Below are positions 50,900 to 63,918 of a stretch of 64,000 nt of DNA, piece by piece. The position numbers and the translations under genes are program-made. Numbering within the stretch: the first letter of the stretch is position 1; each line of letters starts with the position of its first letter. This stretch comes from Ginglymostoma cirratum (Eukaryota): NCBI GenBank assembly GCA_024137785.1, contig JAHRHZ010000283.1, forward strand, positions 45,572,680 to 45,636,679, read 5' to 3'. The notes under the pieces are model-generated. The model searched no databases. It saw only the letters and a program-made list of their open reading frames with translations, and had not been told where the DNA came from.

Positions 50900-52190
50900 T
50901 CCTCAATCAAGGATTCTATCCAGCGTGGTCAATAGGACCTAAGCAGTGTCCAACTCATTTCTCCTAATTCTGCCCTCACTCCTTCAAGGATAACAAGTGT
51001 TCCTCTTGTCCTCACTTTCCATTTCTCTAGTCTCAGTACTGACAGAACATAGGACAGTACAACACAGGACAGGCCCTTCAGCCCACCGTGTGTCCGCCCA
51101 CCACGAAGCCACTCTACTAATCCCAACTACCTGGTCTATATCTCTCTATTCCCTGCTTGTACATGTGTCTGTTTAAATGGCTCTTATCATATCTGCTTCT
51201 ATCACCTCTCCTGGCAGCATGTTTCAGGCACCTATCACCCTCTGTGTAAAAAACGTTTACTGCATTACCAACTGAGTTACCCACATTCCATATGGATGAC
51301 TCAAAAGATTCATTCTCCACCTTTTCCACCGTCTTTTCTCTTCTCCTCCACTGTCAGCATTCTGTAGGGTCTCTTCCCTCCACGACAGCCTGGTTAACTC
51401 CTTATACTTCCTCAGCCCCAACTACGGCACCTTCCTGTGCAATCACAAAAGGTGTAACACTTGCCTTCTCACCACCTGCCTCCTCACTGTCCAAGGCCCC
51501 AAATATACTTTCCAGGTGAAGCAGTATTTTATTTGTACTCTTTCAACCTAGTCTTCTACCTTTACTGTCACAATCCAATCTCATTTACAAGGACAATGAC
51601 AAATGCAGACTGGGTGACTGCTTTGTGAATGCCTGCTTAAGAGCGACCCTGAACTTCAAATTGTCTGCCATTTCAATACATCACCTTGCTCACATGTTAA
51701 CATCTCTGTCCTTGGCCTGCTACAGTGTTCCAGTGAAGTTCAGTTAAAGCTGGAGACACATCTTGTTTTCTGTTTCGGTAATACACAGCTTCTAAGCTAC
51801 AACACTGAATTCACGTAACTTCAGACAGTGTCCTGTGTTCTCCATTTCGCTGACAACAGCCCTGGTCATGTCTCATTAGCTTTTCTCTCAGCAAAGCAGA
51901 CCCATTGTCTCCTTTCTACATCTCTCATTTACACCAATTCTACATCTCTATCACTCCTTTCCCACCTTTTGCTCTGGGCACCCACAAAATCTGTTGTACT
52001 CGTTCCTCCACTTCTGTCAACAGCACTAAAAAACACAGATTTCCAGCCCTATTCAGTTCTGAAGAGGAGTTACATTGGAATTGAAATGTTAACTCGGTTT
52101 CTCTCTCCACAGATGCTGCCAGACCTGCAGTGTTTCTCCAGTACTTTCTGTTTTATTTTAGATTTCCAGTAACCACAGTATTTTGCTTTC
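50900..52190 (+). mobile_element. Decayed PLE 3' half with pLTR, interrupted by a CR1 3' fragment (~51040-51260, minus)
   Basis: Collinear with the 38937-39700 PLE region (VPLVLTFH; gactgggtgactgctttg = RLGDxF; tgccatttcaat = HFN); hammerhead at 52059-52091. Confidence 0.75.
52059..52091 (+). ncRNA. Hammerhead ribozyme core (degenerate stem II)
   Basis: agtt-CTGAAGA-ggagttacattggaatt-GAAA-tgtt-aact. Confidence 0.55.
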
Positions 52191-52818
52191 AGTCTCTACA
52201 AGGATAGTAACTTTGGAGTCAGAAGGGAGAGTCGGGAAGCAAAAAAACAGTAAAACTTATGAATGACATATACTGGCCTGATTCATCTTGTATAACTCAA
52301 AATGGAGCCCAAATATGATTTCTGTTCATTTACAAGTATTGCTCTGATCAGTAAGGCTCTGGGTTCGAGTTCTACTCAGGAATGATGATGAAATCCAGCT
52401 CATTACTGTGCAGGCATACACTGCTGCCATCCTGAGTTTTCGTATAGACACACAACAAAAGGCAACCCACCACAGTGGTCATCCTACTGCAGCACTCGGG
52501 TAATTGAGCTGAGCAATTATAAGGACAAACATACTTTAAACAGTAGGTTTCTATTAGACCAGAGATGGGGTCCTACACATGATGGGGACTGGTATTGATC
52601 CACACTGGAAGATCAGTTTGCACTGGAATGAAGGGTGATGAGGCCAATACAAAGTGCTCTCCTTTAACTGGGAACAAAGAATCTTTACTTGACTTGGGTC
52701 ATTTGATTCTCACAACTTATGAAATAAATCTAATCATAAATTTCTACCACACAAGTTATATTTTAAAGGCTGCAACATAGAGTAAATTGTCTCATTTTCT
52801 AAAAATACTTTTGCATAC

Positions 52819-52982
52819 CTGAATCTCACTGCATTCTTCAGTGGTGTATCACCATATCGATCTTTGGCATAAACGGTGGCTCCGCGGCTGAGCAGATACT
52901 GCACAACTTCTAGGTGTCCTTCACAAGCTGCTATATGTAGTGGGGTTCGTCCATCATAATCCTCGCTACACAGGTTCCCACC
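52819..52982 (-). CDS. ASPG: ASPG internal exon (~exon 12), ankyrin repeats
   Basis: 164 nt, tttcag|...|gtatg, phase 0/2; GGNLCSEDYDGRTPLHIAACEGHLEVVQYLLSRGATVYAKDRYGDTPLKNAVRF(R), canonical ankyrin GxTPLHxAA. Confidence 0.95.
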
Positions 52983-53369
52983 CTGAAAGACATGTTGTTT
53001 TGAAATAAGCAGAGAGGGAGAAAAAAAGTAAAAGTAAATTGCCCTTTTAAAACCTGTGTCTTCTTTTAGATCTTATGTTATAACAATAATTCTAAATAGT
53101 CAGGGGAAAAAAAAAGTAACTATGTATTAACCACAATTATGATGTAATGAGCTATATTAACCAGAGGTCTGTAGTTCAATTCCTTGACTGATCTCATGAC
53201 ATGAATCTGCTAAATAGTGAATAGACCTCATTGCTCCTAAGCTGAAGAGTGAGACATAGGTCAAGACTTAAATAATATCTAAAGCACCGAAACTGGCCAT
53301 TTACGCCAAATAGTTGGCACTTATACACTTCAAACAAGCCTCCTCCCAACATACTTCATCTAAAATAAG

Positions 53370-53466
53370 AAATAACAAAGTGTGGAGCTAGACGAGCACA
53401 GCAGGCCAGGCAGCATCAGGGGAACAGGAAAGGTGACGTTTCGGGTCGGGACCCTTCTTCAGAAAT
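53370..53466 (-). mobile_element. Solo PLE pLTR end with intact hammerhead core (53435-53462)
   Basis: Minus strand CTGAAGA-a-GGGTC-cc-GACCC-GAAACGTC followed by the shared arm gatgctgcctggcctgctgtg. Confidence 0.8.
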
Positions 53467-55463
53467 CCTGTGTTTTGATTAATTCCTACAGGTTAGTGTA
53501 TATTTGTAGAACTCTGGTAAACATCGCATTGAGCCTGTGATGCATTCAATGCCTGACAGTCTGTTGGTACTCACTCTATAAGTCTACATATAAAAACAAT
53601 CTGCATCTCAGCATGCATTTGAAAGAAGAAGAAAGAACAGGATCAGAAACAGATCCAAAAAAAATCTTCAGTGCTGTCAAACTGCAAAAATAACTTCTAT
53701 AAGCATAAAATACCCTTTAATTGATTTTTATGAAGGAAAAGGTCTGGTTAATATTAGATTGTACTCTAGTAGAAAGCATCTTTATCTTTCAGGTATTTAC
53801 TCATCTATTATGTACTTGAAGAAAATATTATTTTAGCGTAGTTTATTTTAGGGTGAGACCAGAGATCAGAAGTAACTTTGCTCTAAGGTAACATAACAAA
53901 TATTGAAAGAGTCCAGACAAAACCTGATTTGTATTGTTTGACTCATTTAACAACTGTATTAAGTGAGCTGGGAAGAGGAGTGGATGTTATAGGGATGGGT
54001 ATTACTTAAGTGCAAACTTCATTGTAGAATATAATCTACAGTGTTTGGGTCAGGAAAAAGTGATGATTTGGGAGCAATAGACCAGAGTTAAATAATGAGG
54101 CTGTGACAATAAATAAACATTCCGTGGAACACCTTCAAATATGAGAATGAGCTTATGTAGATGTCTCCTTGAGGGAAGTAACATGAGATTATGACCTGAT
54201 TGAACAGACTGTGAATCACTGGTGGAAGAAAAAGGTAAGATGTATTAAACTGAATTTTCTTCTTCATGGTTACCTCAAGTTTTGGATAAACTATGCTTTC
54301 CTGACCATTAGTAAGACTGGAACCACATCTTCAACTCAAGCTAAAATGTCTGTGCCATTTCCACTGATTGGACTCTCAGTCCAGTGTTTCAGATCAAACC
54401 AGGCAATTCAACATCATGCATCCTCACTGGGAGTTCTGGTCAGATGTCCACTCCCTTACAAGAGCAAATTCTTAGTGGCCCTCTCTTGATATGAGGACTC
54501 ACACCATGATACAGTCCTAGTAGCGTTTCCTGGTACATCATTCCACCACCCTTAAGTATGAACCAAGACAGTAAGAATCAAAAGGCTGCTAAACAGTAAC
54601 AACTTGACTACAGCTTCACCCAACATCTACAAGTGTGTACTTCCTAGAAAGTGCCACTAAACACTAATCAGGAATGCAAACACATTAGTCTTCTTCACTG
54701 TAAGATGCTAAAAACAATTCTTTGAACTGGAATCAGGGTGGCCATATAAGATAAAAGACTGTTTATTAATGTACCATTTTGATCAGTTGTTATTTCATAA
54801 TTGTTGGCTGATCGTAACTGACTTTTTTATTCTATTGCAGACTTTAATTGCAGTGTCAGTGTCACTCACAACACTCTACAAGTTTCTTGGCGATTCAGAA
54901 CATACTTCCAAGAGCAATTGAACCAGAAAGACATTGGAGGGTTAGAATTAAAATTCTTGTCAATGGCACTCAATTTCTAAAGCTGTTTTTTAAGATAGAA
55001 ACCTACATGTCAACGTGGAAAACCACTATGTAAAAATGCTATTCAGCTTACTGCTTGTGTGGAACATAAGCAATGACTGACTGGTTGAGTCATACAGCCA
55101 GTTTCTTTCTATAAATAGTTCTGAGTCTTGTAGATGCTAAATGATTAAGATAGCTTTAACTGCAAAATCTGAAAATTTAGGAATTGCAAAACTGCCTAGG
55201 GTGATGTTTCTATTCCATAAAAAAAAGCACAGAAAATGCTGGAGACACCCAGTGGGTTAAAACTTACCTCTGGCAAAAACAAGAGTTCACATTTTAGGAA
55301 TAGTAACTTTGCCAAAACAATTCTTACAAATGATTCATGCTCCAATTGTGAGCTCATATTTTTTCTATATAAGTTATTTGATCTATGAAGTGTTTCCCGC
55401 ATTGTGTATTGCTTTCTATTTTGCAGGTTTTGTTGTAGCTTTTATTTTCCTTTTTGTTTTTAC

Positions 55464-55559
55464 CATATCCAGTATAGCTTCCAATGCATCAATATCACCA
55501 GACTTTGCTGCAGCACATGCCAACGAAGGTGTCAGAGCATCTCGGATAGCCTCTAGTTC
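55464..55559 (-). CDS. ASPG: ASPG internal exon (~exon 11), start of ankyrin region
   Basis: 96 nt, aatag|...|gtaaaa, phase 0/0; ELEAIRDALTPSLACAAAKSGDIDALEAILDM. Confidence 0.93.
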
Positions 55560-55821
55560 CTATTGTTTTAAAAGAAAAACTTATGGAATATTAAATCATT
55601 CAATATCCTTTGACTAAAAGCACATTTCAAGCAGCAAATGTGATAAAGCAGCACAATATATTAATACTCATTATGAACTAGTTCTATTTCACAATTGTTT
55701 GAGTTCCTGATTTGAGTCGCGCAATCTTTAAAAACCTTTTTTTAACATGTCTCAAATTGTAAAATAACAAGGTCAGTTCTTTAACTATGGCATGTTACAA
55801 CATCAGGATTATAAAATTTAC

Positions 55822-55941
55822 CTCTTTACAGCTGACACTGAGAGATCTGGCAATAGCTTGAATAAATCGACTATCTCGAAGCGAGATCTTAGCCTCCCCA
55901 AGGGCTACACTCATTTCTCCCCTCAGGTTTTCAGACAGCAT
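55822..55941 (-). CDS. ASPG: ASPG internal exon (~exon 10)
   Basis: 120 nt, ttccag|...|gtaaat, phase 0/0; MLSENLRGEMSVALGEAKISLRDSRFIQAIARSLSVSCKE (NLRGEM motif closing the asparaginase domain). Confidence 0.93.
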
Positions 55942-57064
55942 CTGGAAGAAAGCAAAATATAACCCATTAGTTGAATGTTTATCTTGTATAATTGTAATTT
56001 TGTAACAATCACTATAAAAGGAAACTCAAAACATTAAATTATGTAAATACCAAGCAACTAACAGTTAAAACTAGAGAAAAATATCTGACCAAAATTTGCT
56101 GAGAAAAATAGTACACGGATGAGGATTATCGTCATTAATGCGCAAATCGCCCAGTAATTTATAGCGAGAAAGTAATACCCTTGAAAGTATGAATTACACT
56201 ATTGCTGGCAATTTCTGCTATTCCTAACTTTATAAACAGTGCATCTCATCCTTAAGCTACCTATGAATTTCTTTTAGTTGGTGCATTTGCTCCATAAACT
56301 CATTACCGAAAAGCAAATCTAAAAAACAATGGCCTATGTATCCATTTGGTGAAATAGTAATTGCCAATGACTGCTAGTCAACCACGTTGGACTGAAAAGT
56401 GAATAATTAAAAGTGTGGGGTCTCATTTCTTCAAGTATTGTCTGTTGATGATTGTAAAATTATCCATTTTTAAGCATTTACATTTTTTTCTCTTCATTAA
56501 TTCAACCTTCCTTTTCTTACCTGATTTGACATTAAATTTATCCATTTTAATTCACCTTCCAATCTCTGCTTATTCCTCAATCCTTAAATTTCATTGGTGA
56601 GAGTTATCTATTAGTCCTGTTGTTTACCAAGGCCCCAAATGCCAACTCCTCATTGTTATTGGCTCACAATTCCATCAACTTGCATATTAAAATATTTTCA
56701 ACTCTATCTCGCAGGAATAAGTCCAACCACAAGACACCAGATGTTCTGCTCCAGCAAATTCCAGCCAACATTGTTTGACACGCAAATTTCCACATATATA
56801 AACAGCAAATTTTCCTCATGGATATGAATACTCAAATGCAAAATTACCTCTGAGCACAATAACCAAAAAAAAAAAAACTGGATGAGTAGGGCAGTACATA
56901 TTTGACAAAGCCCAATCAAGTTTCCATCCATACATTGACACAGACTAAAATTTGGCCAGTCCTGTTTTTCACACATTTCTTCCAATTCATTTTCCTCTAT
57001 CTGTTGTATTCAGGTCATCCCTTACGCCAAGCGTAAAAGTACACATCAAATATTCAAACACAAT

Positions 57065-57355
57065 GAGCTGATCCTGGGTATGGAGAGGGGAGGTTGAGTA
57101 GGTTGAGCTCACATTCTTTGGATTTAGAAGAATGAGAGGTGACAACATCAAAACAAATGAGATTCTTAGGAGGCTGGCAAGGTAGATGTGGAAAGGTTAT
57201 TTTTCCATGTGAGAGTTTAGGACAAAGGCCATTATCTGCCAGTAAGGGTCACCCATTTAAGACAGAAATGAGGATTTTTACCCCCCTCAGAGGTAGCAAA
57301 TCTGTAGAATTCTTTACTATAGAGGACTGGTTTAATGGTCTTATGGCCAATTCTC
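57065..57355 (+). mobile_element. CR1 3' fragment
   Basis: tttagaagaatgagaggtgac, ccatttaagacagaaatgagg. Confidence 0.65.
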
Positions 57356-59624
57356 TACCAATTACCCTCCTACATCTAACCCAAATTCTCTACAACCCTC
57401 CTGAACCGATACCACCTGACTCTCCCACTACCATCAACCATTCCCCAACCTGACCAAATTAATTCCAGACTCGATCTGACCTGAATCTCTCTCCCAGCAC
57501 CAGCTATCCAACCTGACTACTAGCCCCACCATCCCACCACAACCCAATCCTCTCACAACGACTCGCCTGACCTGACCGAAGGGCTCATTTATTCAAGCGC
57601 CCCCTCATCCACTCACCCATCCACATATCCTCCCACTCATTCATCCACCGCAGGAATTAAAATCTTTTAATAGTGTACAAAGCAGCTAATGTTAAAAATG
57701 GGCATGATATCTCTTTCCCTAGTGTCTGGCACTCGTTGGCTTTCTGCAAGAAGTGCTACACTGACCTCTCTGCTGGCACCAGGATTGCGAGTCTGGACTA
57801 AAAGTGTGCAAAAAATGTCTGATCACAGAAATGTTTGCAGGCAGTGGCAATTCACACAGCAGCAAAACTGACTGGAAGATCTTAGCATGGTGAGCATTTG
57901 TCTCTTGAGTTTGCTTGTGTTATGTACAAAGTTAATCATCCCTTTTAATGATGCATCAGCTCTGCAGAAATGTGAACTTTTAAATGCTAGGCGATGATTG
58001 GACAGTATGAATGAATTTGCTCTTTTCAACATAAAATCCATGTAACATCCTTTGACCCTCTTCTTTAATTCAGCAAAACCTCTTTGATCGTCTTTAGGTT
58101 TTCAAGTAACTTGAAATATCATGAATAGGTTTTCTACTTCAAAAAGTATCCTTTTCTGCACAATGCAGGAAAGTCTCAGCATGTATCAGTAGATCCATCT
58201 TGATGTCTAGTCATAGTCTGTCAATCACAGATTTTTTCCAGTTAAGGACATAGAACAGAGAACAGTACAGTACAGGAATGAGCCCTTTGGCCCACAATGT
58301 TGTGCCAAACATGATGCTAAATTAAACTAATCCCTTCTGCCTGCCTTTGATCTATATCCCTCCATTCATTACTTATTCATTTGTTTATCTAAAAGTCCCT
58401 TAAACGCTCCAATTGTATCTGTCTTAACACTACCACCACTGCAGCATGTTCCAGTATCCTAACACGCTTTTCAAATGGATTAGTTATGACAGAGCTCCCA
58501 ATTAAACTATATTACTATAAAATACTTAGGAATGGTAATGCTTTTAACAGAAATCAGCATTTACTTACAAATATCAGTCAGATGAGTGTGCATCTCACTG
58601 CTGAGTACACTTATCCTTCATCTGCTATTCGACCATAATGCTAATGAATGACTGACAAATACTTTAAACCATCACTCTTAAACAGATGCTGTCTTACCGA
58701 TCAGAAAAAGGAACTGAGTCATTTTATGGATTTTTAAAAAACATTTTTTGGATCTCACACGTGTTTGTAGGAAGTGTCTGTACTTTGCAGTAATTCACAG
58801 AGTCACAGAATGGTTATAGCACAAAAGTAGGCAATTCAGCTTGCACTGGTTCTATTACTTAGCGCCAATCACGCACCTTTTCCTCATACCCTTGTATGCA
58901 ATTTCTGTCCAAATAATCATCCAATACTCTCTTGATTGCATCATTTCAACTTATCTTCACCACATTTCCAGGCAGTGCATTCTATACCTTAATTGCTCAC
59001 AGTGAATAAGTTTTTGCATCTTGCTTTGTTTGCATATCACTAAATCTATGCCCTCCTATGTTGTTTTTATGTGTGAGAAACAGCTCATCTCTACCCACCC
59101 TGTCCAGCCTGCTCATGATTTTGAAAACCTCTATCAAATATCCTGCTCTCCAAAGAGAAGTGTCAACTTCTGCAATCAATCCTTATTATTGATTATAATA
59201 ATTACAAATCAATTTAGATAAATGTGCTCCAAAGTTATTTCCGTCAGTTTAAACCTAAACCTAATTTTTAAAAGTATCAATCTGTTTGACTCCACTAATT
59301 GCATTTAATATGTTGTATGATTGGCACATCAAAGGACTAATAGATGGTGAATCTCCGCTCTATTTGGATTTTCCTAACAATCAATATGCATAGAAGTGAT
59401 GATAATCGAGACTGATGGTAGGAAGATTAATGTTGGTGCTAATTGCATTCAAATTACCTAAATTTATAGTTACTAAATAAGTTTTCAATTAGAAACTTTC
59501 TTATTTTCAATGTGTTTCATATGAAAATCGTGCATAAGTAATTTAGTTCTCAGACCTCCTGGAAAGTCTCTGAACCTGCAGAACTCCACAGACTACAGCT
59601 TGAGAGCTAATGTATTGTGTTGCA

Positions 59625-59852
59625 GGTAAGGTAAAGTCCCCATAGTTACAGAGAGCCATGCAGCTGCTGTCTCATTAGAGAGATACAACTAGTGGTGGGT
59701 TTAACCTGAGGGCCACCACACTGCAGGCAAGGGGCACGGTTGAGAAAGCAGGACCTTCAATGATAACCTTACGTGGTACAGGAATTGAACCCGTGTTGTT
59801 GCATTACTCTGCATTGAAAACCTACATGTCCAGCCGACTGAACTAACTGACA
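59625..59852 (-). mobile_element. tRNA-derived SINE, third family
   Basis: Minus strand GTTAGTTCAGTCGG (A box), GGGTTCAATTCC (B box), ends CTTTACCTTACC. Confidence 0.65.
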
Positions 59853-60823
59853 CCTGTGTTGTGTTATGCTTCACCATCAATGTGTCAGTACTTTTAAAAG
59901 TCACCCTGGTGATATCATCGTTGTGGAATAGCATATTACCTAAGGGTATAAAGATCACAAGCTCCAGCTTAATGCAGATCACTTTAAGCATGACACATGG
60001 TCGTGAGCATACTGCTCTGTAATATTTATGTATTTTAGTGCGTGCTGCAATAAATATCGGTTGAATTATTCTATGATAGGTTATCCACTTCTAGTCTCTT
60101 GTGCTGCATGGATAACTCAACCATTGGTGCGTGTATGGAACGAGCTGCCAGGGCAAATGGTGGATGCGTGTACAATTACAACATTTAAATTTTATAAATT
60201 TTAAATTTTAATAAACATTTAAAACATCTGAATGAGTAAATGAATAGGAAGGGTTTAGAGGGATATGGGCCAAATGCTGGCAAATGGAAGAAGGTCAGAT
60301 GGTCTGGTCGGCATGGACGAATTGAACTGAAGTGTCTATTTCCGTGCTGAATGACTCTATGACACTGTTCAGCGAATAGCTTATTCCATTCACTTAAAAT
60401 ATCAGGTTATGCATTTGGATTACAAAATCAAACTGAATCTTTTCCTTTGATAGCTGGAAAAGGCATCTCCAGAGTCCACTACCTCACTTACTTGCTGGCA
60501 AGCTTCTGCTTGGCCCTTCACACTCAAGAGCTTGGCCTTAAAATTGGATCCTATGGCCATTAATTAGTACCCCAGGGAAAGACCCACAATTCTGCTTGAT
60601 GGCAAGGTTCAGAAGCTACTTGGGATTATCTAGATTGAGGCATTTCAAAAGATATTTACCAATGAAATATTGGGCTGACCTGTTGTCAAGAAAAATACGG
60701 TGCAACTCCTTTAGAGAAAGATGACTGATCATCCTCCTCACTGCTCAATGGAACTAAAATATAATCTTATAGAAAATAAGTGCACACAGCACTAGCACAC
60801 GAATTTGTGACTGAAATACATAC

Positions 60824-60937
60824 CTTCCTCTTCTCTTGAATACTTAGTTCTGCCTTGCCTAGTACGTAGGACAATTTAGCCAAAGCAGCTTCAGGTGTCA
60901 TGTCACCTCCTGGAATAAGACCTACATCTGTAAGAGC
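60824..60937 (-). CDS. ASPG: ASPG internal exon (~exon 9 by analogy to human), end of asparaginase domain
   Basis: 114 nt, ttcag|...|gtatg, phase 0/0; ALTDVGLIPGGDMTPEAALAKLSYVLGKAELSIQEKRK contains the type I asparaginase DMTxEAALAKL motif. Confidence 0.95.
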
Positions 60938-62428
60938 CTGAAATTGCAAGTAAATAGAACTTGAAATATATTTCAGTTGAAATAGAAGTTATAGTATATA
61001 AAGAAATTAGCGTGAAAGTTATTACACATGGACCCATAATTAATCATTCTCAGAATTAATACTAGACTTAATGGTTAATTGTCCAAATATACAGGAACTG
61101 ATTTTACACTTTCGTACTGATTATAAGCAGCACACAAATTCCATGGAGCTATGTACTTTATAATAATTTTATAACAAGTTCTCTGTTGCATTCTGTCCTG
61201 TAATCAGGTTTATTGACAGAACCAATGATCTGTTTTTATCAAAGCATAGACACATGTTATCAAATCAGGGGCAAAATAGGATTGCAGAAGTATATTCTGC
61301 TCAATCAAGTGGAGGAAAATGTGTAATTTTTTTTGTATTTTGTGCTCTGCGTCCTTTTTATGTGCATTTTATATGAACTCCAAGTAGATGAAAGGTTAAG
61401 TCAAATTTACATTTCAGATGCATGACCCATGTGACTTCAGTCAAGTCACAGTCACCCTGATGTGAATTCTAAGTGTAAGTAATATAAGGGCAGTAGGACA
61501 AATGATTAAAATTATGTTACGAGCTGTGATCAAAGAATATGATTAATGGACTTTGTCACTGGAAGAAATTAGCATTGGTTTGTCAAATGATTATACAGGA
61601 CACAGTTAACGAAGGACTGCTTCGACATTGAGGATATCTTGTTTGGATCAGGGGTCATGACCACAGGATATTTGTCTCTGGCAAATCAGACCCAAATGGC
61701 AATATCAGAATAGAGCAGGGGCCCAGTTGCAGAGGATAGAAGAACTCACTGAAGAGGCTGAACGCACAGATTTCAAGATGATATGGGAGAGGAGAGGCCA
61801 CCTTGTTTATGAGCCACCTTGAGCCTAGCGTGGTTGGAAGCAAGAACCATTTAACTAGGACGTCAATGATCTTTGTTTGTTTATAACTTCTGATGTTGAA
61901 TAAATTGCCTGAACACCGCTAGATTAGGTGTCGCCTTGTCTGACAAATATCATCTAGTCTGGAAGATGCTAATACCAGCTATCTAACAAGCAGTCATGCT
62001 GACAGAGCACTGAAGAATATTTTTAAAATCATCCTGTTCAAACATGGTGTGACTCACCTCCAGGGCAGACAGAACTCAAAACTGGACCTTTCAGTCCAAA
62101 GGTAGGGACATGACAACAGTGCCACATGAGCTGACTTTGAGCCATTCTTGCATTCATACTAGTAGCAATTCTGTGATCAATGATTTTGATTAAAACACGT
62201 TAGGGTTAATGTTATTACCTTTCATCAAGGATTAAACGTCGCAGAACACTGCCCTAATGTGAAGCTGAGTCACTTACTTTCATTTACAACAACGCTCTTG
62301 TGCCCACCATGTTGGTGAGGGACCTTTTTTGAATGTTTGGAGTACCTGTCTGCCTCAGATGGTTAGTCATTAGTAATAAACAAATTGGGTAAAAGGAAAC
62401 CCAAAAGCAGGCAGTGAACTTAACTGTG

Positions 62429-62743
62429 ATAGAGATAAAAGGTACTGCAGATGCTGGAGAATCCGAGATAACAAGCATGGGGCTGGATGAACACAGCAGG
62501 TCAAGCAGCATCATACTCACCTTTACTGGCTCCATCCCCGCCTCTTCGACTTGTCTGCCTCCTCTCCACCTATCCTCTCCTCTATCCATCCTGTATCCAC
62601 CTCCCCCTCTCTCCCTATTTATTTCAGAACCCTCTTCCCCTCCCCCATTTCTGATGAAGGGTTTAGGCCCGAAACGTCGAGTTTTCCTGCTCCTACGATG
62701 CTGCTTGACCTGCTGTGTTCATCCAGCCCCATGCTTGTTATCT
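62429..62743 (+). mobile_element. Non-autonomous Penelope pLTR fold-back element with intact hammerhead
   Basis: 47-bp perfect inverted arms 62466-62512 / 62697-62743; TSD AGTGAACTTAACTGTG at 62413-62428 and 62744-62759; body matches the pLTR at 40680-40896. Confidence 0.92.
62651..62678 (+). ncRNA. Hammerhead ribozyme core (PLE minimal type)
   Basis: CTGATGA-a-GGG-tttagg-CCC-GAAACGTC. Confidence 0.8.
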
Positions 62744-63514
62744 AGTGAACTTAACTGTGTTCTCCATCTGAATTCCATCTATAATATTTTTAATTTTATT
62801 AATTTGAGGACTGACACTTGCCTTCTAGATGATGTTCTACTTCCTTTTACATGAAATTTCTTAAGTTGTGTAATTAAATTACAGATGGCTGACACTTGAT
62901 TATTGATGTTCGCAAATTGAACATTTAAAATTTCCAAATACTTCTAGCTCTTTGGTAAACACCGAGAAATTATGTTACTATCTGAAACTAAAGATAATGA
63001 TTTAGTAATGATACAACTGCCACTTAGGAAGGAAGCTTGAGGCTTTGTTGGTTGTGTTTTCTTGTTGTAGATAATCATAGATTTCCAAATGTTGAAGTCG
63101 TTAAAATTAATTTGCATCATTGTATTTGATATGTAGTCACCTTCTTTTCAAACAAAAGCTGAAATATTTTTCACTTAATGAATTCTAGGGAAGCGTAACC
63201 TGAGTAGGAGAAAGGCTGTTCATCTGGTGATAAATTATCTATGGATATAAAATATAATATCTTTTGGCAATACGTTCACATACAGCTCCATAAAGTAATT
63301 CTGCACTTGGAAGAATGAAAATTTCTTTTTAATGTACGTAGAGATAATGCCACATACACAGAGACTTGAGATGTCTGAAATCAATTCTGCTGCATTGTGC
63401 ATGATGATTTATTGCATTGCTAATTCGCTTTATTTTTTGGCATCTATGAAGGAAATAGAATTTAAGACTGCACAAATATTAAGGTTATTTCTTCATGATG
63501 TTGGAAGGTGATAG

Positions 63515-63918
63515 TAAGAAAGAGGGGAGATCTTATAGAAACATATAAGATTATGAAGGGAATAGATAAAGTGGAGGCAGGGAGGTTGTTTCTGCTAGCA
63601 AGTGAAACTAGGACTAGAGGGCATTGCCTCAAAATAAAGGGAAGCAGATGTAAGACTGAGGTCAGGAGGAACTTCTTCACCCAAAGGGTTGTGAATCTGT
63701 GGAATTCCCTGTCCAGTGAAGCAACTGAAGCTACCTCACTGAATGTTTTTAAGGCAAAGCTAGACAAATTTTTGACCAGTAAAGGAATTAAGGGTTATGG
63801 TGAGTGGGCGGGTAAGTGGAGCTGAGTCTCAAAAAGATCAGCCATGATCTTATTAAATGGCGGGGCAGGCTCGAGGGGCCAGATGGCCTACTCCTGCTCC
63901 TAGTTCTTAAGTTCTTAT
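63515..63918 (+). mobile_element. CR1 LINE 3' fragment
   Basis: RGDLIETYKIMKG..TRTRGH..NFFTQRVVNLWNSL; 3' UTR ending ttcttaagttcttatg. Confidence 0.92.

Noticed and set aside
55309-55617. Hydrophobic 102-aa plus-strand ORF as a membrane protein
   Set aside because: Antisense to an ASPG exon plus T-rich intron; compositional artefact
62270-62360. Possible upstream ASPG exon at a GTAAGTG donor on the minus strand
   Set aside because: Translation shows no asparaginase similarity and no convincing acceptor
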